Counted from the first letter of the stretch, positions 24,314-40,028 are shown. The stretch: 64,000 bases of DNA from Macrostomum lignano (GCA_002269645.1 NIVC01002402.1:35291-99290); one strand, 5' to 3'. Translations and numbers: made by a program. The notes: generated by a model from the letters alone, not told the origin.

Positions 24314-25044
24314 CCGCTGGGGAGGCGAGGCGAGACGGAGTCCCGGTTTCTTTCATCAGAGACGTTGATGAGTAAAATTGAGTGAGCAATATGAAATATA
24401 ATGAAGAACAAAAAATGTTAAACCCATGATTTCAGCTTGACAATTACCTTCTTTAAATACATTGGGGTTTTAATGTTGCTTCAAAAAACGTCTTTTTCCA
24501 CGCGAATTTAAATGTTTTTTAATTTACAAAAAAGCGGTTTGACAGCTGCAGAAGCTTTTCAATCAAGATTTGGCACCAGCTTTTTTGCCTGGTTGGCCAA
24601 TTAGCCAATTAGCGGTCTGTTATTCGAACATGAGAGAGAGGTGAGAGAGGTGAGAGAGGTGAGAAATACGATAAGAGCAGAATTTGGCTTACCGGCCTCG
24701 AGTGGGCAGCACAGGAAGGAAGCAGGCTGGCTGAGGCGGGGTCGGTGGGGTCCAGGACTGCAGGCTCGCTTTGAGGCCCCTCGTGCCCCGAGCGGCGACC
24801 GGCTGCAGGCTTTTATGGGCTGACCCCCCCCCCTGCCCTCACCCCTCAGTGCCATCAACTCCAACCAATGGCGCAGGAGCACAATGTGTTTTTGACCGCT
24901 CCAAGAGCTGAGACCAGTAGCAACAGTAAACAGTACGATTCGAGAGAGTTTTACGTACAAAGACTACCAATTGTACCGAATACTATTGAAAAGTCCTTGA
25001 TACATCGAATTTTATTGGATGAAACGCAATCTACCGGACTGGTT

Positions 25045-26172
25045 CTGTCCTGTCCTGTCCTGTCCTGTCCTGTCCTGTCCTGTCCTGTCCTGTCCTGTTC
25101 TGTCCTGCCCCTGTCCTGTCCTGTCCTGCCCCTGTACTGTCCTATCCTGTCCTGTCCTGTCCTGTCCTGTCCTGTCCCTGTCCTGTCCTGTACTGTCCTG
25201 TCCTGTACTGTCCTATCCTGTCCTGTCCTGTCCTGTTCTGTCCTGTCCTGTCCTGTCCTGTCCTGCCCCTGTACTGTCCTGTCCTATCCTATCCTGTAAT
25301 GTCCTGTCCTGTCCTGTTTTGTCCTGTCCTGTCCTGTCCTGCCCCTGTCCTGTCCTGTCCTGTCCTGTCCTGTCCTGTCCTGTCCTGTTCTGTCCTGCCC
25401 CTGTCCTGTCCTGTCCTGCCCTGTACTGTCCTGTCCTGTCCTGTCCTGTCCTGTCCTGTCCTGTCCTGTCCTGTCCTGCCCCTGTCCTGTTCTGTCATGC
25501 CCCTGTCCTATCCTGTCCTGTCCTGTCCTATCCTATCCTGTCCTGTCCTGTCCTGTCCATTCCTGTCCTGTCCTGTCCTGTCCATTCCTGTCCTGTCCTG
25601 TCCTGTCCATTCCTGTCCTGTCCTGTCCTGTCCATTCCTGTCCTGTCCTGTCCTGCCCAGTTCTGTCCTGTCCTCTCCTCTCCTATCCTATCCTATCCTA
25701 TCCTATCCTATCCTGTCCTGTCCTGTCCTGTCCTGTCCTGTCCTGTCCTGTCCTGCCCCTGTCCTGTTCTGTCATGCCCCTGTCCTATCCTGTCCTGTCC
25801 TGTCCTATCCTATCCTGTCCTGTCCTGTCCATTCCTGTCCTGTCCTGTCCATTCCTGTCCTGTCCTGTCCTGTCCATTCCTGTCCTGTCCTGTCCTGTCC
25901 ATTCCTGTCCTGTCCTGTCCTGCCCAGTTCTGTCCTGTCCTCTCCTCTCCTATCCTATCCTATCCTATCCTATCCTATCCTATCCTATCCTGTCCTATCC
26001 TGTCCTATCCTATCCTATCCTATCCTATCCTATCCTATCCTATCCTATCCTATCCTATCCTATCCTATCCTATCCTGTCCTATCCTATCCTATCCTATCC
26101 TATCCTATCCTATCCTATCCTATCCTATCCTATCCTGTCCTATCCTATCCTATCCTATCCTTGTCCTGTCCT
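25045..26172. repeat. (TCCTG)n grading into (TCCTA)n
   Basis: Direct reading. Confidence 0.95.
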
Positions 26173-26635
26173 TACTTGACGTAGCTGATGTACTCCATCA
26201 AGTCCGGTTCGGGCTGCATACTGCCATGGCCTTCGCTGCAAGCAGATTTCGCACTGCTGAGATATCAACCACTCGATTAAACATTAAATTCACTGCAGAG
26301 CTGAAAGCACTGCTTACCCCCGCTTCGCCCTCCCCCAGTCTCTGGCGCATTTGGCTGGCTTGCTTTCGTCAGTCTAGACAACAATTAGAGCAATTAGGGC
26401 TCATATGGAGGGTCTCAGTGAAAGCGAGAGTGTGTATCGCCACAATGGCAGCAATGTTCTCACATGTCGCCCATGCCGTCTCAAAGGAGCTCGGCGGCTC
26501 CCCCTCCCTACTCCAATTATTTTCCTGGCTGCTGCAGAAAAGCCTCATCTTAACTTTAAATTGCTTTCCCACGTCCGCCCAGATGAAAGGCACGAACAGG
26601 GGCGGGGCCGCTGTGCTCCATCGAGTTTCCCAGCT

Positions 26636-26639
<4 letters not shown>

Positions 26640-26718
<79 letters not shown>
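26640..26718. repeat. (GA)n microsatellite
   Basis: Direct reading. Confidence 0.97.
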
Positions 26719-26723
<5 letters not shown>

Positions 26724-27054
26724 CTTTGCAACAGAAACAAGTTTTCACTTTCAGGCAAGGGCTATTAAATAAGTCTAAAAGCAAAGTTTAACGAGCGCTT
26801 ATGATGCGCCATAAGTGGCAGGATAAACAGAAGCAGCAATGCGTTATTATGGATGCCTGCCTCTGCAGGGTAAGAACTTGTTTCAACTGGATTTGAGTAG
26901 AGATAAATGCAAACATGCCGCAGCGAAAATTTACATAATCACTCAACAACAAATTAATGTATGAGTAGTCTGACGGACAGTCAATAACTCAGTTCCCCGC
27001 AGAGCTTTGACCTTCAATGTAGCTTTGACCTTCATTGTGTGTATCCAAGACCGT

Positions 27055-27632
27055 TCCTGTGCATCCCTAAGCATTCCAATGCATCCCTGAACATTCCAGT
27101 GCATCCCTGAACATTCCAGTGCATCCCTGAACATTCCAGTGCATCCCTGAACATTCCAATGCATCCCTGAATACATCCCTGAACATTCCAGTGCATCCCT
27201 GAACATTCCAATGCATCCCTGAATGCATCCCTGAACATTCCAGTGCATCCCTGAACACTCCAATGCATCCCTGAACATTCCAATACATCCCTGAACATTC
27301 CAATACACCCCTCAACATTCCAATACATGCCTGAACATTCAAATACATCCCTGAACATTCCAATGCATCCCTGAATATTCCAATACATCCCTGAACATTC
27401 CAATGCATCCCTGAACATTCCAATACATCCCTGAACATTCCAATACATCCTTGGACATTCTAATACATCCCTGAACATTCGAATACATCCCTGAACATTC
27501 GAATACATCCCTGAACATTCCAATACATCCCTGAACATTCCAATACATCCCTGAAAATTCCAATGCATCCCTGAACATTCCAATACATCCCTGAACATTC
27601 CAATACATCCCTGAACATTCCAATACATGCCT
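27055..27632. repeat. 20-bp minisatellite (GAACATTCCAATRCATCCCT)
   Basis: Direct reading. Confidence 0.95.
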
Positions 27633-27661
27633 GCATCGCATTTCTGCCGCTCCCCCAGCCC

Positions 27662-28249
27662 TCACTTATAGTGGTAGCGGTCCAGGCGCAGGTGCCGCAT
27701 GAAGCCGTGGCAGCAGGCGCCCAGCAGCGATGGAAACACGGCGGGCAGGGCGAAGGCCAGCAGCAGCAGCAGCACCGAGCAGCAGCCGGAGAGCCACATG
27801 GAGAACCAGGGCTCCGTGACGGGGCTCTGCCGCAGCAGCATGGGCGCGGTCAGCCCGAACAGGAACATCCCGATAGACAGGACGGCGCCGTGGCACAGCA
27901 GCAGCACCGCCAGCTGTGCCGACCGGCTCGGAATCAGCCGGCGCCTGCGACGGGCCGGACCGCCGCTCTCCTCTGCAGGCTCGGACTGTGGCGGGTGCAC
28001 CTGGTCGCGCTTCCTGGCGCTCTCGCAGGCGTCCTCGAGGCTGCCGTGCTGCCGGCTGACGCTGAAAAGGTCGGTCATCGTCACGTCTCGGCGGGCGATG
28101 AACTTCAACAGTAGGCTGGAGGCGTAGGACTCCACGGAGGAGGTGCCGTTCCTGTTCAGGCCAATGATCTCCCGCTGCTGCTGCAGCATGTCGCTGCGCA
28201 TCCGGGTGCCGCGGGATGAGGACACCTGCGACCGGCGTTGCGGCTTCAT
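27662..28249 (-). CDS. Intronless 195-aa orphan protein with two predicted C-terminal TM helices
   Basis: GC-rich, non-repetitive ORF from ATG to stop, with hydrophobic segments LAVLLLCHGAVLSIGMFLFGLTA and WFSMWLSGCCSVLLLLLAFALPAVF. Confidence 0.65.
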   Translation of the reverse strand: MKPQRRSQVSSSRGTRMRSDMLQQQREIIGLNRNGTSSVESYASSLLLKFIARRDVTMTDLFSVSRQHGSLEDACESARKRDQVHPPQSEPAEESGGPARRRRRLIPSRSAQLAVLLLCHGAVLSIGMFLFGLTAPMLLRQSPVTEPWFSMWLSGCCSVLLLLLAFALPAVFPSLLGACCHGFMRHLRLDRYHYK

Positions 28250-28494
28250 GTTTCGGGCTGATGATAGCAGAGCTTGTTGTGCGATTCTGGTCAGTGCTGC
28301 TGCATCATGAGAAATGGCTGGGTAGATCGGCTTTTGTAAAGCCGAGTCTTAACCATAGACAACCAACCAACAAGTATAACAACTCATGACAAAAAAATTT
28401 TACCTCAAGGTTAATTGGTTGAGATTGTGATGCTTTGCCAGTATCTTTGTCTAGTGCTTGACAAATTATTAATTTTTTTATGAAGAATTTGATG

Positions 28495-29742
28495 CTGAAT
28501 GAATGTTCAGGATTCTTATTGAATGTTCGAGATGCTTAATGAATGTTCAAGATGCTTAATGAATGTTCGAGATGCTTAGTGAATGTTCGAGATGCTTAAT
28601 GAATGTTCGAGATGCTTAATGAATGTTTAAGATGCTTAATGAATGTTCGAGATGCTTAGTGAATGTTCGAGATGCTTAATGAATGTTCGAGATGCTTAAT
28701 GAATGTTTAAGATGCTTAATGAATGTTCGAGATGCTTAATGAATGTTCGAGATGCTTAATGAATGTTAGGGATGCTTAATGAATGTTCGAGATGTTTAAT
28801 GAATGTTCGAGATGCTTAATGAATGTTCGAGATGCTTAATGAATGTTCGAGATGCTTAATGAATGTTCGAGATGCTTAATGAATGTTCGAGATGCTTAAT
28901 GAATGTTCGAGATGCTTAATGAATGTTTGAGATGCTTAATGAATGTTAGGGATGCTTAATGAATGTTAGAGATGCTTAATGAATGTTTGAGATGCTTAAT
29001 GAATGTTAGGGATGCTTAATGAATGTTCGAGATGCTTAATGAATGTTCGAGATGCTTAATGAATGTTAGGGATGCTTAATGAATGTTCGAGATGCTTAAT
29101 GAATGTTCGAGATGTTTAATGAATGTTCGAGATGCTTAATGAATGTTAGGGATGCTTAATGAATGTTCGAGATGCTTAATGAATGTTTGAGATGCTTAAT
29201 GAATGTTTGGGATGCTTAATGAATGTTAGGGATGCTTAATGAATGTTAGGGATGCTTAATGAATGTTAGAGATGCTTAATGAATGTTCGAGATGCTTAAT
29301 GAATGTTCGAGATGCTTAATGAATGTTCGAGATGCTTAATGAATGTTAGGGATGCTTAATGAATGTTCGAGATGCTTAATGAATGTTCGAGATGCTTAAT
29401 GAATGTTTGAGATGCTTAATGAATGTTAGGGATGCTTAATGAATGTTCGAGATGTTTAATGAATGTTAGAGATGCTTAATGAATGTTTGAGATGCTTAAT
29501 GAATGTTAGGGATGCTTAATGAATGTTCGAGATGCTTAATGAATGTTCAGGATGCTTAATGAATGTTCGAGATGCTAAATGAATGTTCGAGATGCTTACT
29601 GAATGTTAGGGATGCTTAATGAATGTTCGAGATGCTTACTGAATGTTAGGGATGCTTAATGAATGTTCGAGATGCTTAATGAATGTTCGGGATGCTTAAT
29701 GAATGTTCGGGATGCTTAATGAATGTTCAGGATGCTTAGGCA
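28495..29742. repeat. 20-bp minisatellite (GAATGTTCGAGATGCTTAAT), about 62 copies
   Basis: Direct reading; strict 20-nt register. Confidence 0.97.
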
Positions 29743-30049
29743 TTAAGAGGTTGCTAATTATGAATAGCAGCAATAAATACAGAAGCACTGACTCAAGAAG
29801 TCAATATAATCCATTGTAAAAGTTCAATAACTCTTATGTCGATTTAAAATGTGCTTAAATAATTTTTGTAGCAATGCGTTCAACGGAGATACAGTATTAT
29901 ACAGTAAGACAGTATTATTTTCCTTCATGTCAGATCAATCCACTGTTGAAGCCGCCAAAGGTGAAATTCCTGCAATTTTGTTGGATTTAAATGATTCCAA
30001 AACAAAATCAATTGGATTTTCGGCTATTAGAACACGGATCCGAAACCAA

Positions 30050-30400
30050 TTAAAATCTCACCGGCTTTGCTTTGCTTCTTCCAGATAAGTTTTGCTCCGG
30101 ATGCGGCGCAGTCAGCCTTGTCGGACAGGACGCAGACTCCGTTGATGAAGCTGTAGGAGAGGCTGCCACCAGTTTGAGCGCATTTCAAAGCACACTCAGT
30201 GTCGCTGCGAGCGCTCACGGTGGCCGAGCTCGCAGAGCAGGGGGCGGTCGCTACGACAGAGCTGAACTCAAATGCAATCAGGTAAATGCACAAATATTCT
30301 CAATTTGGGAGCTCACCTTGACTATCCGTGATTACAGGGAAAACTTACACACTGAGAACTGCAGTCAGAGTGATGTTGCCGCGAGTAGCTCTACAGCTCG
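30050..30400 (-). pseudogene. Partial duplicate of the signal and PAN/apple exons of the neighbouring fibrinogen-domain gene, probably disabled
   Basis: FEFSSVVATAPCSASSATVSARSDTECALKCAQTGGSLSYSFINGVCVL closely parallels exon 33130-32915. The leader reads ITLTAVLSV*VFPVITDSQG|GTGAGC with an in-frame TAA. No FReD exons follow. Confidence 0.6.
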
Positions 30401-30724
30401 GATCGATGACTGCTAGCTCAGTTATTTCAATTTTCATCTGGTTTTTTGTTTTATACTTTGTATTATTTATTTCCGCATGTGCTCTGTTCGTTTTTATGAA
30501 GATTTGCATGTCACGCATTCGTTCTGCGCGCGCTCCATGCGCTGTTGTGAGCAACAGGCTTTCATGCAGTCAGATTTTTAGGCCTTTTTCTGCGAGTCCC
30601 GTCAGGAGTTGCAACTGTCAATCAAATCAGGCCAGTCCTGGTTGAGCCAGAGATCAGTAGCTTGAGCAACCTCTAGCCCTCTGTATTGATGGACTGAATT
30701 GTCTAAGTTAAAAATACAGATCCT

Positions 30725-31592
30725 AGCGCCCTCCCTCACTCTGAGATAGTCGCCCTCCCTCACTCCAGAGAGAATCGCCCTCCCTCACTCCAGAGAGAAT
30801 CGCCCTCCCTCACTCCAGAGAGAATCGCCCTCCCTCACTCCAGAGAGAATCGCCCTCCCTCACTCCAGAGAGAATCGCCCTCCCTCACTCCAGAGAGAAT
30901 CGCCCTCCCTCACTCCAGAGAGAATCGCCCTCCCTCACTCCAGAGAGAATCGCCCTCCCTCACTCCAGAGAGAATCGCCCTCCCTCACTCCAGAGAGAAT
31001 CGCCCTCCCTCACTCCAGAGAGAATCACCCTCCCTCACTCCAGAGAGAATCGCCCTCCCTCACACTGAGAGAGAATCGCCCTCCCTCACTCCAGAGAGAA
31101 TCGCCCTCCCTCACACTGAGAGAGAATCACCCTCCCTCACTCCAGAGAGAATCACCCTCCCTCACTCCAGAGAGAATCGCCCTCCCTCACTCCAGAGAGA
31201 ATCGCCCTCCCTCACTCCAGAGAGAATCGCCCTCCCTCACTCCAGAGAGAATCGCCCTCCCTCACACTGAGAGAGAATCGCCCTCCCTCACTCCAGAGAG
31301 AATCGCCCTCCCTCACTCCAGAGAGAATCACCCTCCCTCACTCCAGAGAGAATCGCCCTCCCTCACTCCAGAGAGAATCGCCTTCCCTCACTCCAGAGAG
31401 AATCGCCCTCTCTCACTCCAGAGAGAATCGCCCTCCCTCACTCCAGATAGAGAATCGCCCTCCCTCACTCCAGAGAGAATCGCCCTCCCTCACTCCAGAG
31501 AGAATCGCCCTCTCTCACTCCAGAGAGAATCGCCCTCCCTCACACTGAGAGAGAATCGCCCTCCCTCACTCCAGATAGAGAATCGCCCTCCC
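30725..31592. repeat. 25-bp minisatellite (CGCCCTCCCTCACTCCAGAGAGAAT)
   Basis: Direct reading. Confidence 0.96.
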
Positions 31593-32072
31593 CCCATTTC
31601 CACTCACTCCCACCTCCAAGGCAGAGTGAGTGTACATGCCTGATGAATATAAAGCCAGAGCCACTGTCTGTAAATCCTGCCAGAGTGTGAGTACGTGCCC
31701 ACAGTATCCACACGGTTGCAGCTCGCATGTGCTCAGGGGTCAGTGGAATGGGCAGAATTGCCTCAGCTCTGGTTGTGTGACAATGTCCCGCAAAAGACGT
31801 TTCGGCATGGTGCCCGCCGCTCTCCTGCCAATATTTATTGTATCAAATTTCAGTACACTAATTAGTACAGTTGAATTTATTTTGATCGGCTGTTGCAAAA
31901 AGCGTTAAGATAATGGCTTCTTCATTCAAAACAATTCCCAAGGCTCATTTCGACAAGCTGTTGCATAAGTAAGCTGCATATTTCACTGTGATCAATCAAA
32001 TAAAGAGGCAGGTCGGAGTTTCAACTCAAAAGCAATCGTCCCTCGATCTCTCAAGGCTCGATCAACGCGGCT

Positions 32073-33282
32073 TCATCCCTGCAGCATCATCCGCATCGCC
32101 CGCAGAGCCTTGTAGCCTCCGATGCAAGACGAGGCCATTTGGGAAGAGCTGGACGTCTCAGTTGAGTACACACCGTTTGGGTTGGAGTTCATGCAAGCTT
32201 CCCACCAGTAGCCGCCGCCCCCATACTTGGTGCAGCAACTGTAAGAAGCACCGTCGTTGTCCTTGTCGAAGGTGGAGAACTGCTGGCCCCGAGCCCTGGA
32301 CAAGAAGTCACAGTTGGTGGTGGAGTTGGCGCTAACGAAGCTGTTGTAGTTCATCCTGTAGTTCGTGCCGGAGTCCCCGATGGTGAAGTTGAGCCACTCG
32401 AACACGTAGAACTCGCCGATTGCAGTGTAAATCTCGATTCGCAAGTTGCTGACTTGGGCCAAAGTGTAGCTGTGGATTTGTTCAAGTCCTGCCAAGAACA
32501 AAGATTCTCTTCATTTTCCACTGCTTTCTTAGAAGTTTACCGAAGAAGGTCTTTAAAAAAGTCGAACTCGCCAACCCAAAACTCGGTGGCGTTCCCAAAC
32601 CCGGCAACGTAGTCATCCCAGCTCCTGTTGAAGGCGATCTGGCCCGTCTGTCGCTGCTGGAATACCCAGAATGTCCGGCCGCCGATCTGCTGCTGGTATC
32701 CGGGACTCAGTATGGGGAAGCTGGGGATTTGAGCACTTGTCGTCATCCCGGGAGCTGCGCTACTCGAGCTCTCCGTTGGTATTGGAACTGCATGTAAAGT
32801 TAGTTTTTGTACTGTTTTGAATCAACGAATACAAAATCAAATCAGCATCGATACGTTCGACTCCGAAGATATAAATTTGGCTATTGAAGCTACTGAAGCA
32901 GAGCGCAAACCCACCCCCGTCCAATTGCTTCCGGTACACTGACGCAGCATCGGATGCGGCGCAGTCGGCGCTGTCGAACAGGACGCAGACTCCGTTGATG
33001 AAGCTGTAGGAGAGACGGCTGCCAGCTTGAGCGCATTTCACAGCGCACTCGATGTCACTGCGAGAGCTCACAGTGACCGAACTGGCAGCACAGGAGGCGT
33101 TCGAAGCGATCACGTCGAACTCGAAGGCTGCTGTTGGGCGTAGAGCAAAATGGTTGACTTTCTTGCAAGAATTCGGCAAATCGAGCTAATTTAAGTCTGG
33201 ACTCACCCTGAGCAGCCGCCAGCGCAGCTACAAACTGAAGACCCAGAATCGCTTTAAACAACATCACTGACTGCATTTGCAT
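32073..33282 (-). CDS. Secreted PAN/apple-like + fibrinogen C-terminal (FReD) domain protein
   Basis: Exons 33282-33207 (signal peptide), 33130-32915 (PAN-like), 32787-32572 and 32488-32073, all with phase-1 junctions. FReD motifs FQQRQTGQIAFNRSWDDYVAGFG, EFWVGLEQIH, FSTFDKDND, GGGYWWEAC..SNPNG. Confidence 0.9.
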
Positions 33283-34143
33283 TTTATTAGTTTTCTGCTC
33301 GGCTTTGAAATTCCCCCTCTAAGCTGAGCTGCTTTAAATAGACTCCGCAAAGCTGCGGCGGGTGGTTACTAAAGTAAATAACGGTTGCTAAGGCCTGACC
33401 GGCTTTGTTGGCAGTGAAAGCAAGCTGCTGGCGAAGTCCCGGTCACAGTGGCAGGACTTTCCACAGAGAAAAAGGTGAAATGAAGTTCACAGAAAAAACA
33501 TTTGCTGTAGCTGTGTGCGGAGACCACTCTCTGACTTGCAAGTGAAATTCGTTTGCGCAAACAGAGCAGGGGAAAATGAAAATTTGAATTGGGTAGCAGA
33601 CTTCTACAGGAACAGGGTCTCGGACAAGAGACTGGGGTCCCGTACAGGAACATTGGGTGTCTCATTTTGCAGGACAGGAATGTCTCGTACAGGAAGGGGT
33701 GTCTCGTCTCGCAGTTCTGGAATGTCTCGTACAGGAAGGGGTGTCTCGTATCGCAGGAACGGGGTGCCTAGATCTATAGCGCTGAACCCTGATTATTATT
33801 CCCAATGGAAGGCAGAGTAAATCAATAATGAAAAATGTAAAACAGTTAAGCAAAGCGCAAGGCAAATTTATTTCTTTCCATTAGTCCGCAGTCAGCGCCG
33901 TGAGCGCGGCATTCTTGTAAGCATAAAAATCTAATTTTGTAAAAACAGGCACCGACGGTAAAATTAAACTCTGTAGCGCAGTCTGTCATCGGCATCAAAG
34001 TATTTCTAGGCTTTGAGAAAAATATAGAAGAGAAGGCCGTTCATACGATGCTCAAGACAACTTGAGCAGATTGACAAGATGCTCGAAATTATAAATTCAT
34101 GGTAAGCGTCCAACTGAAGGCGGCAAACGAAGGCTCCGAGGGT

Positions 34144-37079
<2,936 letters not shown>

Positions 37080-39549
37080 GCTTTAATTCAAGTTACTTTT
37101 AAGTTTTCAATGGCTGCGCTTTTGCTTTCTGGGTGTTCTTCGTTTATACTCGTAAATTAATTTGAGCATTTTTTAGAAATCGATTGAATAGCAGTTAGTT
37201 CTGAGAAGTGTCTGTGGCCAAGCCCGGTCCCGGTTTTGAAAGCTTTAATTTAAACATCAAGAAAGAAATCGCGCATGTTGTCTTTTTACTTCATTAAATG
37301 TTCCAATTGGATGCTCTCTTAGCTGCTGGCTGCTCATCAGATTCCTTAAGAGCACTCGAGCTGGAGTAATACGTTACGAGCTACAACGACTAGTAGAATA
37401 GTATAAATCTTTCACAAATAGTCAGCTATGTTGTTTTTTATCGACATAACGTAAATTGGCTTACAACTTAAAATAGTAAGTATCTAGCATTTTATTAAGA
37501 TTTCTGGCTCAAAAGCCGCTTAGTAATTCTTTTTTATGCACAACACATTAATAAAAGAAGCACCATGTCAAACATATACATGACTCCATGTCAAACATTC
37601 AAGAGACACCATGTCGAACATAGAGCAGAAAATTTACGGTACAGACAACCTGCTCAAAGCTTTGATTTCATTTCTTTCATCCCTAGGCCTAAATCGACAT
37701 TCTTGTGACTTGTTGTGACATTGTCTGTCATAAGGCGAATTTAAGTAAATGAGCTAATTTACACGAGCGTATTGCCGTATTCGCGAGTAAAAAGCTTGGT
37801 CGAGAGCTGGACAAGACTGTCAGAGTTGTGTGCGCGCGCGTCAATTTATAGAACTATGCAAGCTCAACCTAAGGTTGGTCGCGTGAAACACACACAAAGC
37901 ATCGTACAACAACTATTGATAAAATATTCAGCCTTTGACGTCACCCGTGTACAGTTTTGCTGGAATATATCACAAATAAGTGCAGCAAAAAGGGTCAGAT
38001 ATCATGATACGACATACTACTACTACGTGAATAACGAGAGCAGCGTAGTATCGCGCGGCCAGAATCTATAGACAACTTTTCGCAGTTTTTTTAACTCAAG
38101 CAAACAGTTCACTTTATTTAAAGTTTATTACAACAGTTACAATGTTGAGGATACATCTTCCAAATACTTTATTTAATTTATTACTACGTTTACATTTTTT
38201 TAGCACAGAATGTTTTATGTAGGCCCCTACTCGTTCCATCCAATTATTAAAGTTTACACTATTAGTATTGTAAAATAGGCCTATGTTTAATCCTATAGGT
38301 TATATATAAAACTAAAAATGGTATAAATTACAATAGAAGTCGGGTTGCTTATAGCTAAGTTTTTGAATCTATTGAATTTATCATAGTCATAATACCTAAT
38401 ATGCTTTTAAAGTGTTACTGACACTGACAGCAGCTAAGTAATACTGTATTACTCTTTTGGCCTCTGTTTGCTTTTAACCAATTTATATGAAAATGTTTTA
38501 GTGTCTGGTGGAAGAAAAAAACTTCGTAGGCCTAGCAAATATAACTACTAAATTAAAAAAATTTTTAATCTAGTAATTTTTTTCTGTTTTTTAGAAAGAA
38601 TCGTTTAATAAATGATATTATAATATTCCTTTATAGCTATAGTCTAAATGGTTATTTTTCTAATTTGTTGGCGCATGACCATGATTGCCACAAACTAAGA
38701 AGATGGCCACAGCTCTGAATGGCTGCATCGATAGAAGTAGGTCTATATATTTCCTCATTTCCTATTGGCTATAATAAGGTCAGGTCATAGAATATACATA
38801 GAATGGCAAATTGGCAGTTCTCTATGAAAGTGAAAATAAATGCACTTGCACTACTAATGTTGTGAAGCTGATAAATAGCTGTGATTTTTTAAATGCAAAG
38901 TTGAATATAAAAATTGAGCTCAAGACAGCCTTTGAAAGCTTTGAGTCATCATTTTGATGCTGCAGATAAATGCTATGCTATCATTGTAATTAATTTGTTT
39001 ATAATGGTGTGTACGCAAAGTCATGAGCAGTAGTAACAACTGTTATAACCTCATTGCCATATATATATAAGCTAAAAAATGAAAGTAACAAACATATAAC
39101 AATAGGTTAAGTTTTAGCCCTGCACGCAAGGCAGGAAATGCTAGGCGCAACAGAAATTGCAAATCTCATGCAATCACACTCATCCTCTTGAACTTCCTTG
39201 ATTGCTCATTGCAAAATGCTCGCCCTTGCTTTCTCTCTTGAGCCGCAATCCTGTGCCCATTGCAGCAATGGTGTAAGTGCAGCTTTGAGAACAGCCTCGC
39301 AATGCCCATCACGCATCTCTCTGAGTGCTCAGCGCAATGAGTCGCAATATGTTGCAATCGGCCAATAATTTGCTGATTCTGTGTGACACACCAGCAGGCA
39401 TGAACTTTGGCACTTCCAGCAATTTGAATTGGCATTCCATCTCAGTGACAGCTCTGATAACTGCTCTGCTTGGGGTGACTAAGCTGTCATCTCACTTGTA
39501 CTTCAGTCGCAGGAAGCGTGTCCAATCAAATTGCTCCCTTCAGTTCCTG

Positions 39550-40028
39550 CTAGCACACCTCACACTTGCACTTGGTTTTAAAGAAGCAGAACAGCAACCA
39601 ACTGCCGACATATGCACACTTCTTGTGATCTAAGTTATCCGATGTAGCAAAGAGCTTATCACCTGCTTCTGTTAGATCTGAGTCACAAGTGTTGCCCTGC
39701 AGGTGGACTGGATCTGGAGCTTCTTGGCTCACTGCAGCCTTGGATGCTCTCTGGCTGCTGGAAACTGGTGAAATCTAGTGCCTAGCAGACACTTGCCAGC
39801 GTAGTTGGGGCATCCATATGCAGTGCACACTGAAGCCTCAAAGCAGACGCAGGCATGCAAAACAGTATCATAATAAGCTGCATATTCAACTCTAGCAGAT
39901 ATGCCTTCAGTATTAGCACTTTTGAAGCCAAACCTAGCTTCAGCAGCACTAGCTTGTGCTATAAAGAATGCAAAACAGCAAAGACAGGCTAGCACGATCA
40001 ATAATGCATTTGACCTGCATGCTTTCAT
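39550..40028 (-). other. Possible secreted Cys-rich protein coding region split over two frames
   Basis: ORF 40028-39729 starts with a signal-peptide-like MKACRSNALLIVLACLCCFAFFIAQASA. A second Cys-rich frame runs 39732-39550. I found no clean splice that joins them. Confidence 0.3.
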
